From a virus: a stretch of DNA of 64,000 nt. A program made the translations under genes and the position numbers. Where the stretch lies: IMG/VR virus record IMGVR_UViG_3300021963_005267, positions 32,001 to 96,000 of that record; one strand, 5' to 3'. Position 1 is the stretch's first letter; each line of letters starts with the position of its first letter. Below are positions 38,968 through 47,147 of this stretch, in pieces. The notes under the pieces are model-generated. The model worked only from the letters and a program-made list of their open reading frames with translations, did not search any database and had not been told where the DNA came from.

Positions 38968-39507
38968 ATGAAAACAGTTGGTGATAAATTAGATGCATTT
39001 GCATTAGTAGGCGTTAAGCCAGGACAACCAGAAGATGCTTTCTTTGACATTACAGAAAAGTCATATGAAGGCAAGTGGAAAGTAATCGTTTACTATCCAA
39101 AAGATTTTACATTTGTATGCCCAACCGAGATCGTTGCCTATGACAAGCTGGCAAAAGATTTTGAAGACCGTGATGCTGTATTGCTTACTGGTAGTACAGA
39201 CAACGAGTTCTGTAAAGTTTCATGGCAAAATGCTCATAGCGATCTTAAGAAAATCAAGCACGTTCAGTTTGCTGACACACAGCGCGGAGAACTAAGCCTA
39301 ATCAATCAGTTAGGTGTGTTCTATGCTCCTGCTGGTGCCGCACTTCGTGCAACATTCATTGTTGATCCTAACAACGAAATCCAGCACGTTACTGTCAACA
39401 ACTTGAACGTTGGTCGTAGTCCAGAAGAAACACTTCGTGTATTAGATGCGCTACAAACTGGCGAACTATGTGCATGTAATCGTGCTGTAGGCGGAGAGAC
39501 ACTATAA
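38968..39507 (+). CDS. ahpC: Peroxiredoxin AhpC
   Basis: YPKDFTFVCPTEI, RATFIVDP, VGRSPEETLRVLDALQTGELC. Confidence 0.95.
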   Translation: MKTVGDKLDAFALVGVKPGQPEDAFFDITEKSYEGKWKVIVYYPKDFTFVCPTEIVAYDKLAKDFEDRDAVLLTGSTDNEFCKVSWQNAHSDLKKIKHVQFADTQRGELSLINQLGVFYAPAGAALRATFIVDPNNEIQHVTVNNLNVGRSPEETLRVLDALQTGELCACNRAVGGETL

Positions 39508-40025
39508 TGACTGCTTGGGTAGATGCACTTAAAGAACAAAGTATCCCAGAATATGCCAAGGATACTAAATTAAATCTTGATGCTGTTATCAAGCGTAGTA
39601 GTCTACCTGTAGAAGAAGCAGAAGCTGTTGCTCTAGCAGCGGCTTTTGCCACAGGCAATAGCAAACTATGGACCTGGGTACACTCACAGATTGCAGACAG
39701 AAAAGAAGCAGACGCAGCATTGACCGCAGCCAGTATCATGGCACAAAACAATATCTGGTATCCCTATGTTGAAATGGCAGACGATGAACAACTCAAAGGA
39801 CTCCCAGCTCAATTGAGGATGAATGCCATCGCCAGCCACGGTGGCACTACCAAAGCTAGATTCGAAGCATATAGTCTAGCAGCCAGCATTGTTGGTAAAT
39901 GTCATTTCTGTGTCAAGGCACACTATGATACTTTGAAGCAAGAAGGATACACAACAGAACAACTCCGTGATATCGGACGCATAGCGGCAGTAATAACAAG
40001 TGTATCTAGAGTATTGAGTAGCTAA
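39507..40025 (+). CDS. ahpD: Alkyl hydroperoxide reductase AhpD
   Basis: PEYAKDTKLNL, MAQNNIWY, ASIVGKCHFCVKAH (CxxC); TAATG-coupled to ahpC. Confidence 0.93.
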   Translation: MTAWVDALKEQSIPEYAKDTKLNLDAVIKRSSLPVEEAEAVALAAAFATGNSKLWTWVHSQIADRKEADAALTAASIMAQNNIWYPYVEMADDEQLKGLPAQLRMNAIASHGGTTKARFEAYSLAASIVGKCHFCVKAHYDTLKQEGYTTEQLRDIGRIAAVITSVSRVLSS

Positions 40026-40132
40026 ATTATTGAGATCATTTTAATGATTTTAACTATGTTTCGATTGGTGTTTTCCTTGTAAAATTGTGATACATACTGA
40101 CACACAGGTATGTTTTTACAAAGGAGAACACT

Positions 40133-40204
40133 ATGTGGTCTAAACCAGAAGCAATTGAAATGCGCTACGGTTTCGAAATCACGATGTATATCGCGAATCG
40201 ATAA
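40133..40204 (+). CDS. pqqA: PQQ precursor peptide PqqA (MWSKPEAIEMRYGFEITMYIANR), not in ORF track
   Basis: 23 aa with the PqqA pattern MWxKP...RxGFE-I-T-M-Y (ExxxY) and NR end; AAGGAG SD; terminator follows. Confidence 0.92.
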   Translation: MWSKPEAIEMRYGFEITMYIANR

Positions 40205-40216
40205 GGTGCTATAAAT

Positions 40217-40244
40217 ATAGGGGACTTAGATCCCCTATTTTTTT
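40217..40244 (+). terminator. Intrinsic terminator after pqqA
   Basis: ATAGGGGA-loop-TCCCCTAT plus T tract. Confidence 0.8.
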
Positions 40245-40253
40245 GAAAGCACT

Positions 40254-40832
40254 ATGGAAAAATATCTTGTAGTTAGTCCCGGTAGGTCAGGTAGCACTAC
40301 CTTCAGGAACCACATTAAAAATTCATTAGAAAAAAAAGGTGTTCCTTATTATGTGGAACAACTAGAAATGCCTATGCTTTGGCCTGAGGCCGAAGAAAAT
40401 CCCCAGGATTGGAACATTGTTATATGTTATAGAAGAGACATGTTAGCACAAGTGCTAAGTTTCTATACAATAGTTCTATCTAAACAAACTCAGAAATGGA
40501 AAGACATTGAACTAGAACCTTTTGTGGTTCCTAGAATACCTTTCTGGATGTTTGCACACGGAATATTATTTTTTCATTACCGAGTTTTTGGCATAAAAGA
40601 ATGGCCCAAGTTTAAGAGCATACATTGGTTTGTATATGAAGATATGTTTGATGATTGGAATGCCGTCGGTAAACAATTAGGATTTGATGATTGGTCTAAC
40701 AAATCAGAAGGCCATGCCATAGGTTATGGTTCAGTGTGGGACAAGGTCATTAATAAAGAAGAAGTGTTAGGCTGGGTTGAAGAATTGCAAAAGCATTATC
40801 AATTTACCGTTGATCTAACCCGATACAAATAA
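40254..40832 (+). CDS. Sulfotransferase-like protein
   Basis: SPGRSGSTT (5'-PSB loop); YRRDMLAQVLS (3'-PB); VYEDM. Confidence 0.65.
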   Translation: MEKYLVVSPGRSGSTTFRNHIKNSLEKKGVPYYVEQLEMPMLWPEAEENPQDWNIVICYRRDMLAQVLSFYTIVLSKQTQKWKDIELEPFVVPRIPFWMFAHGILFFHYRVFGIKEWPKFKSIHWFVYEDMFDDWNAVGKQLGFDDWSNKSEGHAIGYGSVWDKVINKEEVLGWVEELQKHYQFTVDLTRYK

Positions 40833-40842
40833 AGGAACATAA

Positions 40843-41634
40843 ATGACAAAACGTATTCTTATTATGGGATTGCCAGGTGCAGGTAAAACGTATCTAGCAG
40901 AACAGCTAAAGAAATCTCTCGAAGCAGAAGGCAAAACTGTAGGTTGGCTCAATGCTGACGAAGTCCGTCGTCACTTTGACGATTGGGATTTTAGTAAAGA
41001 AGGACGCATTAGACAAAGTCATCGTATGCGTGAGCTGGCTGATACTAGTAACACAGACTATTGCATTGTAGATTTTGTTGCTCCATTAGTTGAGATGCGT
41101 AATAACTTTAGAGCCGATTGGACTATTTGGGTAGATACTATCGATGCCGGGCGGTTTGAAGATACCAACAAGATGTTTGTTGAACCCGAAGTCTATGACT
41201 TCCGCATTACAGAACAATGGGCAGAAAAATGGGCTCCGTTTATTGCAGAACATATCGTAGACGATCGCAGACGTCCGCAATGGGACAATCGTAAAGAAAC
41301 TGTACAGATGCTAGGACGCTGGCAACCCTGGCACACCGGACATAGAGCACTATTTGATCGTGCGATCGCCAAAACTGGACAAGTGTGCATTATGGTGCGC
41401 GATTGCCAGGGATGGCAAGGATCAAATCCGTTTGATTTTTATCAGGTCACACGAGCGATCAAGCGAGATCTAGAACCCGTATATCAAGGGCAGTTTCAAA
41501 TAGTGTTAGTCCCTAATATAGTGAACATTACCTACGGTCGTGATGTAGGTTATAAAATTGAGCAAGAGAGCTTTGACGAAACAATAACCAGCATTAGTGC
41601 TACGAAAATTCGCAAAGAAATGGGTCTTGAGTGA
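40843..41634 (+). CDS. Adenylyl-sulfate-kinase-like domain fused to HxGH nucleotidyltransferase domain
   Basis: GLPGAGKT, LNADEVR..DWDFSKEGR, FVAP; GRWQPWHTGH...ISATKIR. Confidence 0.8.
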   Translation: MTKRILIMGLPGAGKTYLAEQLKKSLEAEGKTVGWLNADEVRRHFDDWDFSKEGRIRQSHRMRELADTSNTDYCIVDFVAPLVEMRNNFRADWTIWVDTIDAGRFEDTNKMFVEPEVYDFRITEQWAEKWAPFIAEHIVDDRRRPQWDNRKETVQMLGRWQPWHTGHRALFDRAIAKTGQVCIMVRDCQGWQGSNPFDFYQVTRAIKRDLEPVYQGQFQIVLVPNIVNITYGRDVGYKIEQESFDETITSISATKIRKEMGLE

Positions 41635-41830
41635 TACTAATCTAAGAAGTCTAGTTAAAACTATCAGTTGGCGATTTACTGGTAGTTTTAGCACATTCCT
41701 TATATCTTTTTTAGTTACCGGAAGTTTTGCTCTAGCTGGATCTATTGCTGTAGTCCAAATTGTTGCTAATACTGTACTTTATTTTATTCACGAAAGAATT
41801 TGGAATAAAGTCAAATGGGGCAAACACTAG
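41627..41830 (+). CDS. DUF2061-like small membrane protein
   Basis: RSLVKTISWR...LYFIHERIWNKVKWG; TTG start. Confidence 0.75.
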   Translation: MSDTNLRSLVKTISWRFTGSFSTFLISFLVTGSFALAGSIAVVQIVANTVLYFIHERIWNKVKWGKH

Positions 41831-41831
41831 A

Positions 41832-41860
41832 TTGACATACCAAACTTCTTAATGTAAAAT
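41832..41860 (+). promoter_or_regulatory. sigma70 promoter
   Basis: TTGACA-17 nt-TAAAAT. Confidence 0.8.
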
Positions 41861-41879
41861 AACATCATAAGGAGATTTT

Positions 41880-42254
41880 ATGAGTATGCATCTTGAAGGT
41901 CCTTGGCTGTCAACCACAGGCAAGAAAAAAGGCAAACAGAAATTTCGTAACGCTGAACAGGCACGTAAGTCACGAGAGCTCGATGAAGCTTGGAAAGAAT
42001 TGTTGAGCCGTTATGATGTTAAACCTAGCAAATCAAAATCTAAGTTTGAAACTTATGTCCCTTCTAAGGATACCTTGCGTCGAGAAACTGAAAAATATCC
42101 TAGCCTACCTTTTACTGGCGGACCTTGTACTAAGCCTGAGCAAAAAGTTTATACTGGCAACAAGATTAAAGGAATTGGTACCATGCATAAGAGCAATGCC
42201 GTTCCAATCTTTTCAGACGAAGAGGCCGTTGATATTGCCAAAATGCGTCGATAA
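41880..42254 (+). CDS. Basic conserved phage protein
   Basis: AAGGAG SD; YTG..IKGIGTMHKSNAVPIF..DIAKMRR. Confidence 0.75.
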   Translation: MSMHLEGPWLSTTGKKKGKQKFRNAEQARKSRELDEAWKELLSRYDVKPSKSKSKFETYVPSKDTLRRETEKYPSLPFTGGPCTKPEQKVYTGNKIKGIGTMHKSNAVPIFSDEEAVDIAKMRR

Positions 42255-42361
42255 TTACCTATTTTCGTGCTATAATAACTAACTTATGCTATATATTACT
42301 ACGTTTCGCAAAGAAACTAAGATAGTTGGTTGGTAAGAATGGAAAATATTTTTATCAATCC

Positions 42362-42502
42362 GCGAGTCTTGGCCTATGAGAAACCCGTGAGATTCGGGAA
42401 GCCATGCTCGCCAAAGGTACTGAGTGTTATGAGCATTCGGTGGCTGATGGAGACGACTACACGAACCCAGGGTTCTTTCAAGAGCCTCGTGAAGTTTACT
42501 CC
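42362..42502 (+). ncRNA. Candidate structured RNA / 5' leader of the cell wall hydrolase gene
   Basis: Nested stems GCGAG/CTCGC, TGGC/GCCA, CCCG/CGGG; ACTGAGTGTT/AGCATTCGGT; GGAG/CTCC enclosing CACGA/TCGTG and GGGTTCT/AGAGCCT. Confidence 0.5.
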
Positions 42503-42569
42503 CTTAATGTAATGTTGATGATGAACAGTCTATCGTTTTGATTCGACACCAAATGAAAGGAGAACTAAT

Positions 42570-43109
42570 ATGGAAATACTTTTAAGACCAATCATCTTGG
42601 TCATCGGTTTGATTTTAACTGCAATGGCGATACAATCCGTTACTACAAATAAAATCAATCAATTGAAATTAACAGCAGGAGTCTACAGTAGTGACATCAT
42701 CACTATCAAGGATCGTGAACGTCAGTTAGATTGCCTGGCAAAAAATATCTATCACGAAGCTGCTTCAGAACCATTTGAAGGAAAAGTTGCAGTAGCACAG
42801 GTAACAATGAATCGTGCTGCTAGCGGTAAGTTCCCAAATGATGTATGCGCAGTTGTTTATCAGAAAAATGTAATCTACGAAAAGGTCGTGTGCCAGTTCT
42901 CATGGTATTGCGAAAATGGTGGAAAGCCTCCAATTCGTAGCAAAGAAATGTACGACGAATCATATAAAGTAGCTAAGAAAGTCTTGCTGGAAAACTTTAG
43001 ACTTGACGTTATGAAAGATGCGTTGTATTATCATGCTGATTATGTCAACCCTCGTTGGGGTAAAGAGAAAATTGGTAAAATTGGTCGTCATATTTTTTAT
43101 AGGGATTAA
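42570..43109 (+). CDS. Cell wall hydrolase (SleB/Hydrolase_2 family) with N-terminal anchor
   Basis: CLAKNIYHEA, VAVAQVTMNR, FPNDVCAVVYQ, CQFSWYC, ALYYHADYVNPRW, IGRHIFY. Confidence 0.93.
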   Translation: MEILLRPIILVIGLILTAMAIQSVTTNKINQLKLTAGVYSSDIITIKDRERQLDCLAKNIYHEAASEPFEGKVAVAQVTMNRAASGKFPNDVCAVVYQKNVIYEKVVCQFSWYCENGGKPPIRSKEMYDESYKVAKKVLLENFRLDVMKDALYYHADYVNPRWGKEKIGKIGRHIFYRD

Positions 43110-43111
43110 GA

Positions 43112-43423
43112 ATGGAAAAGTTTGAGCTGTTGTTTAATAAATGTAGAGATTTTTTGGCAACTAAATTAAATCATATTAGTAGCGAAGCTTTGGGTTGGTT
43201 GGCTACTATCGTGATTCATGCAAGTACTCTTCCGACATTCCTAGCAGTAATGATGGGATTGAGTGATAAGCTTCCGGGCGTAGATATCATCCTAATGGTT
43301 TGGGGAGGACTAACACTATTGTTCTTCCGTGCAGTTTTGATTAAAGATATGCTTAATGTGGCTACTATTGGATTTGGATTTATCCTACAGGCTACGATGA
43401 TGGCATTGATATTTTTCAAATAA
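43112..43423 (+). CDS. Small 3-TM membrane protein
   Basis: Three hydrophobic segments; follows the hydrolase. Confidence 0.65.
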   Translation: MEKFELLFNKCRDFLATKLNHISSEALGWLATIVIHASTLPTFLAVMMGLSDKLPGVDIILMVWGGLTLLFFRAVLIKDMLNVATIGFGFILQATMMALIFFK

Positions 43424-43440
43424 CGGTTTACCAAAATAGG

Positions 43441-43469
43441 TTGACAGCCTAAAGCCTCTACAGTATATT
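43441..43469 (+). promoter_or_regulatory. sigma70 promoter
   Basis: TTGACA-17 nt-TATATT. Confidence 0.7.
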
Positions 43470-43514
43470 AATGCTGTAGAGGTTTTTGTTTTAACACACA
43501 CAGAAAGGCAACTT

Positions 43515-43637
43515 ATGAAGGCAATTGTAGTTTTAATCTTGGCACTGAATATCACCGCCTGCTCAACAGTAGCAGGTGCTGGTAAAGATCTAACCAGTGC
43601 TGCCGAATGGACCAAAGACAAAATGGGTGGCAAATAA
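43515..43637 (+). CDS. Entericidin-like lipoprotein (MKAIVVLILALNITACSTVAGAGKDLTSAAEWTKDKMGGK), not in ORF track
   Basis: Lipobox ITAC followed by STVAGAGKDL, the EcnA/B pattern; TAATG-coupled to the next gene. Confidence 0.75.
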   Translation: MKAIVVLILALNITACSTVAGAGKDLTSAAEWTKDKMGGK

Positions 43638-44212
43638 TGAAGAAACTTATTACACTAATTCCTGTAGTTGCTATCCTAGCAGCCTGCGGAACAACTGATC
43701 CCTATCAAAAACGTGCTGATGCAGAACGTGAGCGTCAAGAGAAATATGCTGAACGATCGCTAGACAAGGCTCCTAAGTGGATGACTGATCTTCCTAAGTC
43801 TACCGCTGCCGTCTATGCCAACGGCACTTCAGTTAGTGCAGACATGGCTATGGCAGATGAAAAAGCCAAAGTCATCGCTTTTGGCAAACTGTGTATGAGC
43901 GCAGGTGGTGAAGTTGACAAACAGAGCCGAGTGTTCCGTAATGACATCGGTGAAAGCTCAAACGAAAACAGTGAAATGGCTATTCGTAGCATGTGCCGTA
44001 AGGTAGACATGACGGGTGCCGAAATCACTGAGATCAAACGTATCACTGAAGGTACACGCTATCGGACTTATGTATTGGTAGCTATGCCCTTTGGAGATGC
44101 TAATCCTCTAAAGAAACAAAAGATCGAAACAGAAATGCGTCGCGAATCCGCTCGCCGTTCTACAGAAGCATTCCGCGAACTTGATAACGTAACTGTACAA
44201 CCCGTACGATGA
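43637..44212 (+). CDS. Lipoprotein, LPP20-like
   Basis: MKKLITLIPVVAILAAC lipobox; APKW; start reassigned to 43637. Confidence 0.7.
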   Translation: MKKLITLIPVVAILAACGTTDPYQKRADAERERQEKYAERSLDKAPKWMTDLPKSTAAVYANGTSVSADMAMADEKAKVIAFGKLCMSAGGEVDKQSRVFRNDIGESSNENSEMAIRSMCRKVDMTGAEITEIKRITEGTRYRTYVLVAMPFGDANPLKKQKIETEMRRESARRSTEAFRELDNVTVQPVR

Positions 44213-44865
44213 AACGTTACCTATTAGGACTGTGCCTACTGCCCTGTGCAGTTTTGGCACAGTCAAATATCTGCACCAACAAAGAAAAGACTATAGTTAG
44301 TCAGGATGAGCAGGGTAGGCAGGTAGTAACAAAATTGCAAGAAACTACCTGCATTGATACTGACGGACGAACTAAAGGTCTTGGCTTAGCACCTAATTGT
44401 GCGTTGCCTGCTAAAGGATACGGTGTCGCTAACATGAACAGTGTTTCTTGCATTCTTCCTGATCGTGTTTGGGAACAGTTTGATGCAAGTCCGCAAATAG
44501 ATCAATTTGTTGATGACAAATATCGTGCAGAAGATATATTCCTTTTAGACTATTCTAGTCCAGCAGATAATTCTATTTGGTCTAGACTAGCAGGTTCTTT
44601 TAGGAAGTTAGATCCCTATCAACAAGAAGCACATAATGTAGCTATAATCAAAGCTATTAAAGAGTCAAAAACAGGACAAAAAGTAACCTGGAAACACGGT
44701 GATGCTAGTGGGTATGCGGTTCCTGTAGCAGTAATCCCTAGTAGTCAGGGGTATTGCAAGCGTATACACGTCAGTGTATGGGCTTTTGACCAACAAAATA
44801 TAGGTTCTAAAACTATTTGTTATAACAATTCCGATGGCCGTTGGCGCTGGCTCCGCGATAAATAA
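44209..44865 (+). CDS. Secreted protein with C-terminal 17-kDa surface-antigen-like domain
   Basis: Signal peptide; GQKVTW..ASG...GYCKR...ICYNNSDGRW. Confidence 0.6.
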   Translation: MKRYLLGLCLLPCAVLAQSNICTNKEKTIVSQDEQGRQVVTKLQETTCIDTDGRTKGLGLAPNCALPAKGYGVANMNSVSCILPDRVWEQFDASPQIDQFVDDKYRAEDIFLLDYSSPADNSIWSRLAGSFRKLDPYQQEAHNVAIIKAIKESKTGQKVTWKHGDASGYAVPVAVIPSSQGYCKRIHVSVWAFDQQNIGSKTICYNNSDGRWRWLRDK

Positions 44866-44885
44866 GATATCAAGGAGATAATTTT

Positions 44886-45584
44886 ATGGCTTCAGGATTT
44901 CAGCAAGATACCAATCAGCTAAACCCAAATTTTTACAGAATTTCTATTGACCTAAGTGGTTACGATTCAACAGCGGCCAATACTACAGCAGGTGGTGTCG
45001 AGCCATCCAGCGGAGATTCATTTACAACATTGAATACTACACTGGCAAATTCTCAACGCCGTGCTAGAGGCAATTTACGTTGGGATGCTGTTCTACAGCA
45101 ACTACAGCGTTTTGGCGATTGCAAGATTTTAGACGTGACCGCAACAGAAGGATCTAGCGATCCGTTAGACGTTGCAGATGACGTAACAACAGGTCTAGCA
45201 TTCACAGTTATGTATGAAAGAGATGCTTTCATTCTTCCAGCTGTGCAAGCTATGTTAATCGCAGAAGGTAGAGTAAGTGGTGGCAATGCAAAATTGTCAG
45301 ATAACGCTACATTAGCTAGCGCCACAACTTGTTCTTCTACAGCGTTAGCAGTGCAAGAGCTAGTGGTCAGAGGAATCACAAAAGGTTACAGAGACTACAC
45401 CGCACCAGGTACCGCAGTAAGTTCAACTCTAGATGTTTTCACAAAATCAGCAAGAGTTTACGACGGTTTGGCAGGCGGTCAAGAAAAGCTCACAGTAGCT
45501 TCTCCAGTAACTCCTGTAGTGGCACACACTGATGTGACTGTATCATTAATCACAACCACTACTTTGGTAACAGCGGACTATTGA
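44886..45584 (+). CDS. Putative virion structural protein
   Basis: ATAAATA at 44858, AAGGAG SD, Thr/Ala-rich. Confidence 0.6.
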   Translation: MASGFQQDTNQLNPNFYRISIDLSGYDSTAANTTAGGVEPSSGDSFTTLNTTLANSQRRARGNLRWDAVLQQLQRFGDCKILDVTATEGSSDPLDVADDVTTGLAFTVMYERDAFILPAVQAMLIAEGRVSGGNAKLSDNATLASATTCSSTALAVQELVVRGITKGYRDYTAPGTAVSSTLDVFTKSARVYDGLAGGQEKLTVASPVTPVVAHTDVTVSLITTTTLVTADY

Positions 45585-45609
45585 CCTTTGTCTAATTAGA
45601 CATTAAACT
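45581..45609 (+). promoter_or_regulatory. sigma70 promoter giving a leaderless mRNA
   Basis: TTGACC-17 nt-TAAACT; ATG 45616 follows after a 6-nt gap, no SD. Confidence 0.65.
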
Positions 45610-45615
45610 AACTTA

Positions 45616-46866
45616 ATGCTAGTAGGATTACTTACACTTCTAAGTGCGCTTTCCATTTCGGTCGTCGCAATCTATTATTCCGTAGTAGGTTTGACGGCCA
45701 TTTTCTCCGCGGCGGCATTGGCTATTATGATTATGGGCGTGTCGCTAGAGGTTGGAAAATTAGTAACAGTTGTTTGGTTACATCAGAATTGGAAGACAGC
45801 CCCTAGACTAATCAAAATATATTTGAGCACTGCATTGGTAGTGCTGATGCTGGTTACCTCTATGGGTATCTTTGGATTCTTATCTAAAGCACACATGGAT
45901 CAAAGTGTACCTACTGGCGATGTAGCAGATAAAGTTGCGTTGTATGATGAAAAGATTAAAACGCAAAAGGAGAACATCGATGCATATCGCAAAGCTCTTC
46001 GTCAAATGGATGAATCTGTTGATCAAGTTATGGCAAGATCCTCAGATGAAAAAGGAGCCGATAAAGCAGCGGCCCTTCGTAGAAGTCAGCAAAAAGAGCG
46101 TAACCAATTACAGGCTGACATTGGCAAGGCACAGGCAGAAATTGCAAAGCTCAATAATGAACGTGCCCCGATCGCCAAAGAGTTACGCAAAGTTGAAGCT
46201 GAAGTAGGCCCAATCAAATACATAGCTAACTTCTTCTATGGTGATACTGATCAATCAATTTTAGAAAAAGCTGTAACCTGGGTAATACTTACTCTTATAT
46301 TTGTATTTGATCCATTGGCAATTGTATTGTTAATTGCCGCACAGGTAAGTATCAAACAAGCATTGGATAAAAAGAAATCACAACCTAAGGAAGAACCTCC
46401 AGTCTATGAAGACGATGGATTTAGATTCTTAGCAGATGAGAAAGATCTTTATCCCGAGGATGCTCCTGTAGAGCGTAAATCTTTTTGGCCTACTGCTACA
46501 AGTCTTTGGCCTTTCCCTAAGAAAGAAAAAGTAGAAGAGCCAATAGTAGAAACTGTTCTTCCCGACACTGACTTAGAGCCTGATCTTTTAAAGCAGGCTG
46601 AAGAACGTGTTAAAGAAAATGTAGAAAAAGCGGAAGAAGAACACGCCCTCGAGCAATGGAACAAAATGATTGAAGAGGCTGAAAAAGAAGCCGAAGAGGA
46701 ATCTAAGCGTCTGCAAGAAAAACGCCTTAAAGATGATGCAGCCGAAGAAGCTAAGAAATGGGCTGAAGAACAAGAAGCCATTGCAGAAGAAGAAGCCAAA
46801 AAAAAAGAAGTGACATATCTCGAGAAGGACGGGAAGAATCAAATCCTGAAGATCAGCGAGAAGTAA
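45616..46866 (+). CDS. Membrane protein: N-terminal TMs, coiled coil, TM, acidic tail; probable frameshift-extended isoform to 47147
   Basis: Hydrophobic N-terminus, heptads, EAEVGPIKYIA, IFVFDPLAIVLL. Confidence 0.8.
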   Translation: MLVGLLTLLSALSISVVAIYYSVVGLTAIFSAAALAIMIMGVSLEVGKLVTVVWLHQNWKTAPRLIKIYLSTALVVLMLVTSMGIFGFLSKAHMDQSVPTGDVADKVALYDEKIKTQKENIDAYRKALRQMDESVDQVMARSSDEKGADKAAALRRSQQKERNQLQADIGKAQAEIAKLNNERAPIAKELRKVEAEVGPIKYIANFFYGDTDQSILEKAVTWVILTLIFVFDPLAIVLLIAAQVSIKQALDKKKSQPKEEPPVYEDDGFRFLADEKDLYPEDAPVERKSFWPTATSLWPFPKKEKVEEPIVETVLPDTDLEPDLLKQAEERVKENVEKAEEEHALEQWNKMIEEAEKEAEEESKRLQEKRLKDDAAEEAKKWAEEQEAIAEEEAKKKEVTYLEKDGKNQILKISEK

Positions 46867-47147
46867 CATATCAACAAAACAGCGAGCAATCTCAAAGCAC
46901 TATTTGGAAACGTGTACAAGAGAAAAAAACTTCTAAACCTGATAACTTTCTACCATTAGATAGAATATACAGGAATCTCAGCAAAGACAATCTTAGCGCA
47001 TTGGACCTTGAAATATACGATCAGGACGATCCTGAGTTTACAAGAATACTAGAACTAATCAAACGATTAAGAGATAGAACACTTCGACCAGAGGAATTAT
47101 CAGAAGTAGATGCTGAGATCATAGCTGAAGTGCTAACTAAGATATGA
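46798..47147 (+). other. Slippery A9 run and ATG-less -1 frame extension of 113 codons
   Basis: GCC AAA AAA AAA G at 46795-46807; -1 frame open 46767-47147, its TGA overlapping the next ATG. Confidence 0.65.

Noticed and set aside
42330-42512. 60-aa ORF, or a ydaO/c-di-AMP riboswitch
   Set aside because: TTG start with no SD over a stem-rich region; ydaO consensus blocks not found
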